A model generated the notes under the pieces. That model did not search any database. It worked only from the letters and a program-made list of their open reading frames with translations, and was not told where the DNA came from. From Vulcanimicrobiota bacterium (GTDB lineage Bacteria; Vulcanimicrobiota; Vulcanimicrobiia; Vulcanimicrobiales; Vulcanimicrobiaceae), in contig CAWGBN010000002.1 of assembly GCA_963820825.1 (NCBI GenBank), forward strand, positions 288,001 to 352,000: 64,000 bases of DNA. Direction: 5' to 3'. The position numbers and the translations under genes are program-made. Of this stretch, positions 41,782 to 52,299 are shown piece after piece; position 1 is the stretch's first letter; each line of letters opens with the position of its first letter.

Positions 41782-42795
41782 TTATTGAACCGCGATGCCG
41801 TACGGGTCGGAGAGTTTCGTTCGGTCGCCTTTGATCTTGTTGATCGGCGCAACCCTGCCGGTTGCTCCCATCGCGTACTCGGTAATCCAGCCGGAGCCCG
41901 CATTAGAAGCATAGATCTTTCCGTTTGCGTCGACCGCAATGCCGAAGGGCAAATTGAGCTTCGTCCGAACGCCTTTGATATATTGGGCGGGCCGCACATC
42001 GCCGTTGGACCCAGCGGGGTAAACGGAGACCGCGCCGGGCTGCGGATCGTAGTTTTCCACATAGATATTCGCGTTGGCATCGAGCGCGAGCCCTTCTGCG
42101 ACGGTGAGCTTCGTCCGCGAGCCGATGATCGTTCGCGCCGGAGCAACATCGCCGGTGCTTCCGGCTGCGAACATTAGCACGCGGCTATTTGCGTTTGCAC
42201 AGTAGATATTTCCGCTGGAATCCAAAGCGATGCCTAACGTGGTCTCGAGCATCGTATAGCGGCCGGCGATATCGACAGTTGGAGCGACGTTTCCGTTAGC
42301 GTTTGAGGGGTAGGCGGTAATGGTGTCATAGCCTACGACGTAAATGTCGCCATTGACTGGATTGAGCGTGATGCCCGTGGGGTGATCGAGCTGCGTATAG
42401 GAGCCAGCAATCGTCTGCACAGGCGAGACGTTGCCGGTTGCGCTGGCCGCGTAGACGGTAACGGAGTTGCTGCTCGCATTTGAGACGTACATGTTCCCGA
42501 AGGCGTCGACGGCTATTCCTGTCGGATCACTAAGATGGGTGTTGCCGCCCAAGACGAATTGAATCGGCGCCCTGTCTCCCTTAGCGCCCGAACCATAGAC
42601 GGTGATGGAGTTGCCGCCTGCGTTCGCAACGTAGAGGCAAGGACATGACCTGGTAGAGTGCTTGCCGTGCGAACTGCTTTGGGACGCGACCGGCGTGGCC
42701 GACGTGGCCGGCGTGGCCGAACCGCCGCTGCACGCGGCTAGGAGCGAGACCACCGACGCGGCGGCGATCGTGGATCGAGCATAAGAGAGTCGCAT
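41782..42795 (-). CDS. NHL-repeat lipoprotein (CPCLxV family)
   Basis: RBS AGGAGG, lipobox LAAC, SCPCLYVAN, NHL repeats. Confidence 0.85.
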   Translation of the reverse strand: MRLSYARSTIAAASVVSLLAACSGGSATPATSATPVASQSSSHGKHSTRSCPCLYVANAGGNSITVYGSGAKGDRAPIQFVLGGNTHLSDPTGIAVDAFGNMYVSNASSNSVTVYAASATGNVSPVQTIAGSYTQLDHPTGITLNPVNGDIYVVGYDTITAYPSNANGNVAPTVDIAGRYTMLETTLGIALDSSGNIYCANANSRVLMFAAGSTGDVAPARTIIGSRTKLTVAEGLALDANANIYVENYDPQPGAVSVYPAGSNGDVRPAQYIKGVRTKLNLPFGIAVDANGKIYASNAGSGWITEYAMGATGRVAPINKIKGDRTKLSDPYGIAVQ

Positions 42796-43046
42796 CGCTG
42801 ATCCTCCTTCTGGGGCAAGTCCCATATGGAAATGATCCTGCTAGAAGTTCGGAAGCGTAGGTCCTGGGTCCCATGAACCTTTGGTCATCGAGGTGAAATA
42901 ACACCTCGAACCTCACCAATGGACTAAGATGGAGCGTGCAAGAGAGGTGTCCCGCAAGCTCATGGCCCGCAGCAACGGCATGAAGGCAGGGCTCCAGCCC
43001 CATAGAACATGCCGCCCACCTGTTATCGGCTCGGAGGAAGGCAATA

Positions 43047-43460
43047 GTGGGCAGTTTTCGGCTAGCAACAGCCTTGGGATTCGGTATTACGTTTTTAGCG
43101 GGGTGTGGAACAAATCAACAGATCGATCCATCGCAGGCGACACACACGCAGAACGTTACGCGGGTAGGCTCGACAAAACCCGATAGTACAATTTATTGGG
43201 AACCGTCCAAGATAGTTTTAAAAGGCTCCGAGCATGATAACCCCGTGCTCTATCTTCCCACCGGTCATAAATGGGGCTTGGGCAATGACACCTGCGGCAC
43301 AAGGGTATTCGCAGCGACGATCAAGCAAGGAACCTCCGGGAGCCTTACATGGTACGAGTGGGATTTTCACGCCACAGCGTCGGGTCCGTTCCGGTGCGTC
43401 TACGTCGCCCATGATCGGGTCACAAAGGAGAATGGTAGGCTAATCGTCATCGCTCGATAA
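43047..43460 (+). CDS. Small lipoprotein
   Basis: RBS GGAGG, GTG start, lipobox LAGC. Confidence 0.65.
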   Translation: MGSFRLATALGFGITFLAGCGTNQQIDPSQATHTQNVTRVGSTKPDSTIYWEPSKIVLKGSEHDNPVLYLPTGHKWGLGNDTCGTRVFAATIKQGTSGSLTWYEWDFHATASGPFRCVYVAHDRVTKENGRLIVIAR

Positions 43461-43555
43461 GCAAAAGCGGCGTTAAGATTCCAAAAAGAATTCGCAAAAT
43501 TGCGGGCCCTTTTCTCATCGGGACATCGCTAACAAAGCATAAATTGAGATTTTTG

Positions 43556-43603
43556 AACGGGCCTTTGTTTATTGGCTCCCACTGCTGGACTCGAACCAGC
43601 GAC
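43556..43603 (-). repeat. att remnant: half hairpin plus variant tRNA 3' end
   Basis: aacgggcctttgtttattggctcccactgctggactcgaaccagcgac. Confidence 0.75.
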
Positions 43604-43892
43604 GCGCAGGCAGGTGGCCGCTCGGTCGCTCAGAAAAGACTGGGCATAGGGACTGCGTGATTCGGTCCTGAGCTGACGCACTACACCTCAACCAGAACGT
43701 TCTCCAGAGCGGGTTTTCGCGTCCTAAAGAACGCGATGGAGGGTATTCTTATGTCAAAGCAACATTGTGCGCTCGCGCCGATCCTGTTTGCTCTATTGCT
43801 ACAAGCATGCGCGGGTCCAACCGGCGGCCTCGAGTCTACTTCGTCATCCCGAAACGCTTGGGGCGCTAATCAGATTCCGTCAACTTCTCAAA

Positions 43893-44005
43893 AATAAAGG
43901 CCCATTACGCAACGGGCCTTTATTCATTGGCCCCGGATGCTGGACTCGTTCTTCGACTCGCGCCTCCTGCGCTCTGCTCAGAATGACGGACCCGCTGATT
44001 AACAG
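43893..44005 (-). repeat. att remnant: hairpin plus tRNA-Asn 3' half interrupted by a 40-nt insert
   Basis: tggccccggatgctggactcg [43949-43988] gacccgctgattaacag. Confidence 0.8.
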
Positions 44006-44025
44006 AAACTCAGCCATGGCGAGGT

Positions 44026-45048
44026 TTATTGAATCGCGATGCCTCCCGGGGAATCGAGCTTCGTCCTCGCGCCCTTAATCGTACGAATCGGCTCGACGTT
44101 GCCTCCGGTGCCGGGAGCATACACTGCTATGATGGGACCGCCGTTGACGACGTAGACGTTCTCGCTTGCATCGACTGCAACGCCGGCAGGATTGCTAAGC
44201 TTCGTTCTTCTGCCGTGGATTATCCAACTCGGCGCGACGTTCCCGTGCGCGCCGACTGGGAACGATGTAACGCAGTTGCAGAGCGCGCCTGCTGTGTAGA
44301 TGCTTCCGCCGCCCACGGCGACTTGCTCGTTATCGTAGAGACGCGTTCGGTGGCCGCCGATTGTTTGTATAGGAGCGACGTTGCCGGTCGCGCCGGCGGA
44401 GTAGACGGTGATGGTTTGGCTGTTGAAGTTGGGAACGTAGATATTGTTGCTCGTATCCAACGCGAGAGCGTACGGGACGTCGAGCCCGGTATTGGAGCCG
44501 GTGATCGTGTTGACCGGGGCGACGTTGCCGGTCGCGCCGGCGGAGTAGACGGTGATGGCCCCCTGCCCGCTTGGGCCACCAGCTCCGTTAGTGACGTAGA
44601 GGTTCTCTGATGAGTCCAGCGCAACGCCAATGATGTAGTTCATGGTGGTATTGGAGCCGGCGATTGTGCGGATCGGGCTGACGTTCCCGTTCGAGCCCGC
44701 GGCATAGACCGTGACGGAATCGTTGAACTCGCCGTTCACGTTGGCGACGTAGATGTTGCCGCTCGCATCGAGGCCGACATCGGTTGGATCGATCAGTCCC
44801 GTCCTACTGCCGCTGATCGTCTGTATCGGCTTGACGTTGCCGGTTGCGCCGATCGGATAGACGGTTACGGCGTTGCTTCCGGTATTCGCGACATACAGAC
44901 ACGGACACGGTGAGGTGCTCCTCTTTCCCATGAAGTGGTGCTGTTGAGGAACGGGGTCCGATGGGGATAGCGTATCGCTCATCCCGCCGCACGCGGCCAA
45001 GAGCGCTGCCGTAATGCACGCTCCCATCACGCTGCACAGATATCTCAT
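44026..45048 (-). CDS. NHL-repeat lipoprotein (CPCLxV family)
   Basis: RBS AGGAGG, lipobox LAAC, TSPCPCLYVAN, NHL repeats. Confidence 0.85.
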   Translation of the reverse strand: MRYLCSVMGACITAALLAACGGMSDTLSPSDPVPQQHHFMGKRSTSPCPCLYVANTGSNAVTVYPIGATGNVKPIQTISGSRTGLIDPTDVGLDASGNIYVANVNGEFNDSVTVYAAGSNGNVSPIRTIAGSNTTMNYIIGVALDSSENLYVTNGAGGPSGQGAITVYSAGATGNVAPVNTITGSNTGLDVPYALALDTSNNIYVPNFNSQTITVYSAGATGNVAPIQTIGGHRTRLYDNEQVAVGGGSIYTAGALCNCVTSFPVGAHGNVAPSWIIHGRRTKLSNPAGVAVDASENVYVVNGGPIIAVYAPGTGGNVEPIRTIKGARTKLDSPGGIAIQ

Positions 45049-45396
45049 TCCCGACCTCCTTTCAGAAGTAACGAGCTACGCCTCAAACCTTGGCTTGGCG
45101 CCGCCCTCGAGACGTGCCCGATCAGGTTCGATCCGACGCTCAGAGAACACCCAATAGCCCCGGTTGTTAGCGGAGGCAACTAGTATACAGCTAAAGGCTG
45201 CCCGCCCCTGCCGGCAGCGCGTCCCCAAACTTTGCCGTCGCCGCGGTGGACACCGTGTCCACCGGGAAACAGCGAGGTCCAGTTCACCAAGCCCATTCGC
45301 TGGGTCACACCGTAGTCGGTGACGATTCGGTCGCGTTCCGCGAGAAGGTCGGCGATGACATCGTCGCCGGTACGATCCCGGCTGCGGAAATACGCC

Positions 45397-45461
45397 CTTA
45401 GGCTGCACATTGCCGCACCAAGACAAAGGCCCGCTTCACGAACGGGCCTTCTGATTAACAG
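45397..45461 (-). repeat. att remnant: arm repeat, hairpin and anticodon-side core, with an internal deletion
   Basis: cttaggctgcacattgccgcaccaagacaaaggcccgcttc...cgggcctt ctgattaacag aligns to 63652-63759. Confidence 0.8.
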
Positions 45462-45660
45462 CATCGCAAACTACGCACGCATCCGCTGCTGGGAGCGGCG
45501 AAGGCATGTGGCGACATTTGCCCACAGGAAGCCGTCGAGTAAACGTTGTGGATGGGCACCCGCGCCCGGGCAAAGGCGCTCGCCGGATAATCGCGAATCG
45601 CGCAAATGGCAGGAATCTCCGTCACGAAACACGAGACGCGGAGATTCAAGGGAGGCTTTT

Positions 45661-46860
45661 ATGCGATTGGAGCTTCGTCGTACGGCACTCCTATGCTGCT
45701 TGGTGGTCTCAGGGTGCTCGCACCCTTCGGGCTCGACGCCGGCGTTGCCGCCGAGCCTCGACCAGCGCGCGTTGGCGCGCACGACGGCGTTACCGGATAG
45801 CGCTTTTGATTCACTCTATTCGTTCGGCAAAAATCCCTACGATGGCAGCCAGCCCACGTTCCTCGTACCGTACAACGGGAAGCTCTACGGTACGACCTGC
45901 TGCGGCAGCCCTGGAGGTGAGGGCACCGTCTTCAGCCTCACGCCCGACGGCAAGGAGACGATTCTTCACACCTTTATGGGAAGCGACGGCGGCGTACCAA
46001 ATGGACCGCTGCTCAACGCCGGCGGGGTCTTTTATGGAACCGTCAGTTCGGGGGGAGGGCCGAGCAGTCTCGGCGCCGTGTTCAGCATCGACACCGACGG
46101 AAACTTCAACGTCGTCCGCGCGTTCCAAGGCGGCTCGAACGACGGCCTTCAGCCGTACGGCGGACTCGTCGAGTTAGACGGCACGCTCTACGGCACCACG
46201 CTCGGGGGCGGCGCTAATGGAGACGGCACCGTGTACGGCATCACCCCTCAAGGAGTCGAGCATCTGGTCCATTCGTTTAACGGTTCCGACGGCCAAGAGC
46301 CGCTTTCAACGCTGATCGTCGTCAACGGCGACCTGTACGGTACAACCCTTACCGGAGGCAAGTTCGGCGGCGGAACAATTTTTCGCGTTACCACCGCCGG
46401 CAAAGTGAAGGTGCTGCATAACTTTGGAAGAGGCAACGACGGCAACGCGCCATATTTCGGCGCGTTGGTCGACGTTGACGGCACGCTGGTCGGGACGACG
46501 ATTATGGGCGGCAGAAAAGGCGTCGGTACGATCTTCGAGAGCACTCTCGACGGCACGGAGAGCGTGCTCTATAGTTTTCCCGGTACGCCCGCAAAGGGCT
46601 GCGAGCCATACGCCGGACTCATCGAGTTCAACGGCACGCTGTATGGCACCACCGTCGGCGGATCGGGTCCGGGCTGCAGCGGCCACGGTACGGTGTATCA
46701 ATACGTGCCGAGCGGCGGTGTGATGACACTTCGCAAATTTCCCGGCGGGAACGGCGGCGCTGCCCCTGTCGGCTTGACGTCAATGGGTGGAAGTATTTAT
46801 GGAGTGACGCTTGGAGGCGGCCGTTACGGGCAAGGACTGTTTTATTCCGTGACTCCGTAG
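45661..46860 (+). CDS. GloVer-type repeat lipoprotein
   Basis: RBS GGAGG, ATG 45661, lipobox VSGC, seven G.LYGTT repeats. Confidence 0.85.
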   Translation: MRLELRRTALLCCLVVSGCSHPSGSTPALPPSLDQRALARTTALPDSAFDSLYSFGKNPYDGSQPTFLVPYNGKLYGTTCCGSPGGEGTVFSLTPDGKETILHTFMGSDGGVPNGPLLNAGGVFYGTVSSGGGPSSLGAVFSIDTDGNFNVVRAFQGGSNDGLQPYGGLVELDGTLYGTTLGGGANGDGTVYGITPQGVEHLVHSFNGSDGQEPLSTLIVVNGDLYGTTLTGGKFGGGTIFRVTTAGKVKVLHNFGRGNDGNAPYFGALVDVDGTLVGTTIMGGRKGVGTIFESTLDGTESVLYSFPGTPAKGCEPYAGLIEFNGTLYGTTVGGSGPGCSGHGTVYQYVPSGGVMTLRKFPGGNGGAAPVGLTSMGGSIYGVTLGGGRYGQGLFYSVTP

Positions 46861-46902
46861 CGCTTTGAGCGGCCAGTACGAGTTCCGGCGCCCGGAAAGT
46901 GC

Positions 46903-49711
46903 TTAGAAGGCGAGGGCTGCCGCTACGGCTTGATCTTCGTTCCAGGCAGCGCCTTCAGCCATGAGCTTTGCAAGCTGGTCGTCGCCGAGCGCGTCGCGCA
47001 GTGCAGGGAGCATCTTATCGCGCTCTTGCCGTTCGGTGTGCTGCCGCAACGCTTCGATTCCATCCAAACGCGCATCGACGTAGCCTAGAAGCCGCGCAGC
47101 GCCGAGCCGATCGCCGCGCACGCGCTCCTCATCGTCGGCCCGGCGTAGCGCGGCGGTCGCTGCGAGATGCTGCAGACCCCATAATACGCCGGCCTCCCAT
47201 TGCGTGTCGCGTGCGGCTGCGAGCCCATCTCGGGCGGAAACGCGAGCGTCGTCGTAGCGTTCGAGCGCAGATCAGGTATGCCGCAAGTGTTGCACAGCGA
47301 AATCGCTGCGCCGAGTTTATGATTGAAGGTGCGATAGGTTGCGAGTGCCTCGTTCTCCAGTCGAAGGGCCTCGACGGCATTGCCCTCGTGAAACTCGGCT
47401 TCGGCTAGATTTCCCGCAATGTGCGAGCATACGCGCTCTGCGCCAACGGAGCGGAACATCGCCAATGCCTCGGCAAAGAGCGGCCGCGCTCCAGCCAGGT
47501 CGCCGGCGTGGTTGCGTGCGACCGCAATGCTTTGCAAGATATCTGCGATAACGCTGCGCACTCCAACTGCTCGCGCCTCCTTCAGCGCCGAGGCCAGCAT
47601 GTTCTCGCCTTCTTCGATGTCGCCGAGATCGACGAGCGCGCGGCCGAGGAGGTGTCGGGCCTGCGCAACGCGCAGGGGATCGTCAAGCTCGCTGTAGAGC
47701 GCCAGGGCGCGTTCTGCTCGCTCGCGAGCCGTCTTCCGTTGAGCGAGTGCGTAGCGATCGCCGCTTCGGCACAGATCGAGTGCGGCCTCGACCGAGGCCG
47801 GCATCGCGGTCGGCGGAGAGATCACGCGCGGCCCGAATCCACCGCTGTCCTTCCGCCGCAGCGAAGCGCGTCCACACCGGCCGGAGCGCCGCCGCCAGCC
47901 GTCGGCCGAGCAGCACGTCGCCCTGCGCTCCGAAGCGCCCAGGTGAGCGCCGCTCGGAAGTTCTCCAGCTCCGGCTCGGCGCGAGCAAGCCACGCGCGCT
48001 CGGGCGTCGTTTCAAAAATGCTATAGAGTTCTTCGCCGAGCGCGAGAATTGCAGCCGCGTGCAGCCGCGCGACGGCGGCATCCTCTCCCGCCTCGGCGAG
48101 GCGTTCGCGCCCATACTGCCGCATCGACTCGAGGAGCCGATAGCGCATTCCGCCTTCCGTTTCTTCCGCATGCACCAACGACTTGTCGACGAGCGACGAG
48201 AGCAGGTCGAGGATCTTCCCACGACTCGATTGCGTCTTCTGCGGCTTGGCTCGTCGGCGCTAACGGCGCCGGCCGTTTCGAGCGTCCACCCTCCGACGAA
48301 GATCGCCAGCCGCCGGAACAGCCTCTGCTCGTTCGGTGAGAGCAGATCGTAGCTCCAGTCTATCAGCGCGCGCATCGTCTGCTGACGCGGCACCGCCGTG
48401 CGGCTGCCCGCCGGTCAGCACGCGAAAACGCTCGTCGAGTTTCCGAGCCAGTTGTCGCGGCGCCAACACCTTTATTCGAGCCGCCGCCAGTTCGATCGCC
48501 AGCGCGATGCCGTCGAGGCGCCGGCAGATCTCCGCAACGGTTGGTGCGCTTTCATCGCTTCAACTCGAACTTCGCGTCGGATGCAGCGGCGCGCTGCGCA
48601 AAGAGCGCGACGGCCCCATAGCGCAGAGCGTCTTCCGCCGTGAGCCCATCGCTTTGCGCCGGAAAAGCCAGCGACGGCATGTGATAAACGTGCTCGCCGC
48701 CGATGCGCAGCGGCTCACGGCTGGTCGCCATTAACCGCACGCCGGGAGCGCCGCGCAAGATCGTATTCGCGATCTTTGCGACCTCGTCGATCACGTGCTC
48801 GCAGTTGTCGAGAAGTAGCAGCAGATTCTTGCTCTCCAGATAGCGCAGGAGGGTCTCGAGCACGGGACGTCCCGGCTGCTCGTGCAAACCCAGCGCCGTC
48901 GCGATCGTGCTCGGCGACCAGACTCGCATCGTTCGTCGATGCCAGCTCGACGAACCACACGCCATCGCCCGAACGATCGAGCAAATCCGCACCGACTTGG
49001 AGTGCGACGCGCGTCTTACCCACGCCGCCGGTGCCGACGAGCGTCACCAAGGCGTGCTCACGTATCAGCCGCTCGACCTCGGCCAGCACCTCGTCACGCC
49101 CAATGAGCGACGTAAGCTGACGCGGCAGGTTGTTCGGCATCGATTGGAGCGACCGCAGCGGTGGAAACGTTTGGGCTAGGCCCGGAGCGACGAGTTGCCA
49201 AACGCGCTCCGGTTGGGCGAGATCCGCAAGCCTGTGCTCGCCCAAATCGCACAACTCCGACGCGTTCGGGCATTAGACCGCGCAACAGCAACGCGGTTGC
49301 GCCGGAGAAGAGGACTTGGCCGCCGTGCGCCGTCGCTAACAGCCGTGCCACACGGTTCACGACCGGCCCAAAGTAGTCGCCGTCGCGCTCGTCGGTCGCG
49401 CCGCTGTGCAGGGCCATGCGAACCTGTAGGCCACCGATTGCGCTCCAATCCTCGTCTGAGAGTTCACGCTGCGCATCGATTGCCGCGGCAACTGCATCCG
49501 TCGCACGCCAGAACGCCGCGCAACACGCATCACCGACCGTCTTGAACACGTGACCGCCGTGCCTTTCGATCGCGGCGCGCAGCAGTTCGTCGTGGCGGCG
49601 CAACGCTGGCGCCATCGCGTCGCGTCGCTCTTCCCAACGCCGCGTGCTTCCCTCGATGTCGGTAAAGAGCAGCGTTACCGTCCCCGTCGGAATTGGAGCC
49701 GCCCGTGCCAT
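46903..49711 (-). pseudogene. Adenylate/guanylate cyclase + NB-ARC/STAND + TPR protein, multiply frameshifted
   Basis: [60 protein letters not shown] across several ORF fragments. Confidence 0.8.
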
Positions 49712-49936
49712 CCCTGATAGTTCAAAATCTACGCGGGGCGCGCCTTGCCCCGCGCTGGGGGGAACCGAGGAAGCAAATCCCGACCGTGTGGGGCCGGGCC
49801 GGGAGTCGAATCAGCGCTCGGGGAATCCGGCAGATACCGTCCGCTACTGAAAAGTGTTATTCTGTCTGCGATGGATCGGCAGTGGCTAGCTGCGCTCGAG
49901 TGACGATCCGAACGTCCAGCTCGTAATAGCCATTAA

Positions 49937-50218
49937 ATGGTTGCAAGAGCCGACTCACGATTGCTACGTCGATCGCCGAGAAAGCCTGCGGCTTTGCGCG
50001 CACGACCAGGCCGGGATTTGGCCGGCCTCTACGACCTGCGTCACACGGCCATCGAGAATCTCGTCGCCTCGGGAGTGCCGATGGATGTGATGCACGTTCT
50101 TGCCGGTCACGCGAACGCAGACGACGCTCCGGCACACAGCAAGCCCAGCGAGGAGCGCCGTCGCGCAGCCGTCGATTCGGTCGGCAAATGGCTCTCCGAG
50201 CGCACGGTCGCAAAATGA
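49937..50218 (+). pseudogene. Tyrosine integrase C-terminal remnant
   Basis: LYDLRHTAI..L...G.....V...LAGH (HxxR-like and LGH boxes); TTLRH in an adjacent frame; ends 100 nt before an att core. Confidence 0.75.
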
Positions 50219-50226
50219 GGACGGTT

Positions 50227-50463
50227 GCTCTACGGTCGCTCTACGGCGCGCACTCGGCAGGAGAGCACAAAAGAGCAACCCCCGCAAAGGAGCCTTATTT
50301 TGCGGGGGCTTTTACAATCTCCGGATGCTGGACTCGAACCAGCGACCCGCTGATTAACAGAACTTTCGCAACGTCTTGGTTCCATGCGGTTTCTCGATAA
50401 CTCGCCTTCTCTGGCTCTTATGTTTCCGTGATTTCTCACCTATTGGCTGCACAATGGCTGCAC
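50227..50463. repeat. Hybrid att junction: GCTCTACGG x2, hairpin, 42-bp tRNA-Asn core (50319-50360), TGGCTGCAC x2
   Basis: Core identical to 63718-63759; 50265-50463 is a near-identical direct repeat of 52337-52535. Confidence 0.9.
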
Positions 50464-50642
50464 CTGAGCACGACGTAGCGGGGCATCGTTATGGTCCTTC
50501 TCTAAATCCAGTAGACGCCCCCACAGTGTCTGGATATGGCAGACGTCACGGCGGATCAGGAGGCAGATAGGGTCAGTTGGTTAAGCGAATCATCTAGGCG
50601 CAGGGCTAATTCTCACTTACCTTACTTACGGCATCCTTTATT

Positions 50643-50918
50643 TTGATTCCAGCCGCACGGCTGCTTTATCTCGCCGTCGCGCCGCCACAGGGTGCGCTCC
50701 TGGGCATGGTGTTGGTGACCGCGCCCCGGCCGCTCTATCCGCACTACGCGGTCGCGGCCGGTTCACTGAAAGCCGCGCTCGCTGATCAAGGAAACGCCGC
50801 CGCGCTGATGTGGATCCTCGGCGGCGCCGTCGTCTTCGGCGCGTTGCTCGTTACGCTCGGGCGCTGGGCTCGGCGCGAACGGGAACCGTCGCTTCTGCGT
50901 CGAACCGGGGCGGCCTAG
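50643..50918 (+). pseudogene. 3' fragment of a CtaG-like cytochrome c oxidase assembly gene
   Basis: RLLYL...LG..L..A..PLYPHY...ALADQ..A..LMW..G resembles the Caa3_CtaG C-terminus; no 5' part. Confidence 0.6.
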
Positions 50919-50956
50919 CTTGCGGTGCTTTGCAACTGCAGAAAGGGATCGCGATC

Positions 50957-52000
50957 GTGCGCTTTTTACACATGACGTACGCGGCTGTCTCGACGCTCGC
51001 GCTGTTTTTGATTACGGGCTGCGCGCAGGATGGTACGCAGCCGGCCATCGTCGGTCAGCAAAACCAGGTCCGAGCGAAACACACGACGTCTTCATGTCCG
51101 TGCCTGTACGTCACCAACTGGGCGGGGCAATCGATTACCGTCTACCCAGTCGGCGTTACCGGTAACGTAGCACCCATAGCAGTCATCGCCGGTCCTCAGA
51201 CCGGAATCGACCTCCCATACGGCGTCGCGTTGGATGCAAGCGGCAACATCTACGTGACAAATTTTGACTACAACTCCGTCACGATCTATGCCGCCGGTGC
51301 TAACGGCAACGTCATGCCAACCGCGACCATCATGGGCTCGAATACTAAGCTGCTCGACCCCGAGGGCATCGGCATCGATCCTAGCAACGGGAACATTTAC
51401 GTTCAGAGCTTAAACGGTCCGAGTGGCAACCCCAGCATCCTGGTCTTTGCCGCCGGTTCAAACGGCAACGTCAGCCCGGCTGAAGTAATCGAAGGTTCAA
51501 AAACGGGGCTGACCGACCCCGTCGATCTTACGTTGGACGGCGGCGCAAACATCTACGATGTCGACGTCGCCAATTTCATCAACGTCTATGCCGCAGGCAC
51601 TACCGGCAACAAAAGGCCAGCGCGCAAGATCAAAGGCGGTCTCACCAAACTGAACCTTCCCTTCGGCGTGACGGTTGACTCCAGTTTCAACGTCTACGCA
51701 GCTAACAACGGCGGCGGCGAGAGCAGTATCACCGTTTATGCCTCCGGCGCAACCGGAAATGTCGCCCCCATCCAACGCATCAAGGGTCGCAAGATTGAAC
51801 TAACAGATCTCCACGGCGTCGCCGTCGACAGTTCACGCAACATCTACGCTTCCAACGGTGCCGGCGAAGTGCGCTCCTGTTCGGGCTGCAACTTCATAGC
51901 CGTCTATGCCTCCGGCGCGACCGGCAACGTAGCGCCCATCAGGGTAATCGCGGGAACGAATACAGGTCTCGACGGTCCGAGCGGGCTCACGATTCACTAA
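50957..52000 (+). CDS. NHL-repeat lipoprotein (CPCLxV family)
   Basis: GTG start, lipobox ITGC, SSCPCLYVTN, NHL repeats. Confidence 0.85.
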   Translation: MRFLHMTYAAVSTLALFLITGCAQDGTQPAIVGQQNQVRAKHTTSSCPCLYVTNWAGQSITVYPVGVTGNVAPIAVIAGPQTGIDLPYGVALDASGNIYVTNFDYNSVTIYAAGANGNVMPTATIMGSNTKLLDPEGIGIDPSNGNIYVQSLNGPSGNPSILVFAAGSNGNVSPAEVIEGSKTGLTDPVDLTLDGGANIYDVDVANFINVYAAGTTGNKRPARKIKGGLTKLNLPFGVTVDSSFNVYAANNGGGESSITVYASGATGNVAPIQRIKGRKIELTDLHGVAVDSSRNIYASNGAGEVRSCSGCNFIAVYASGATGNVAPIRVIAGTNTGLDGPSGLTIH

Positions 52001-52299
52001 AGAATTGCGGGGCATGAAGAATAGAACTTTAGATCCGCATTTGCTGCCATTGAGTCGCTGGCCTCGCGTTCGATGCAGTTCTCGCGCGCGTGCGCGCGCG
52101 AAGCTTCTAAATCACGTAAGCTTCCTGTACGGGCTCGACGGATGGCGCCCGGTGGGAACCATGTAGAACCCCGGATTCCCGGTAAGTCGACGCCTGTGGA
52201 ACCGCAGCAAGTGAGGCAAGGATTCTCATCTCCCCTGGCGTTCTCCGAAATCGCGACGATGCGCTTAAAGGCAAAGCGCCGACTCGGCGGGGCAGTGCG

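Noticed and set aside
649..46860. Shared C-terminal export signal (...QFMP, ...VYQP, ...SVTP)
   Set aside because: Adequately explained by the last beta-strand of propeller repeats, and not consistent across the other lipoproteins.
45462..50360. Prophage or ICE
   Set aside because: Only an integrase tail is present, with no structural, replication or conjugation genes.
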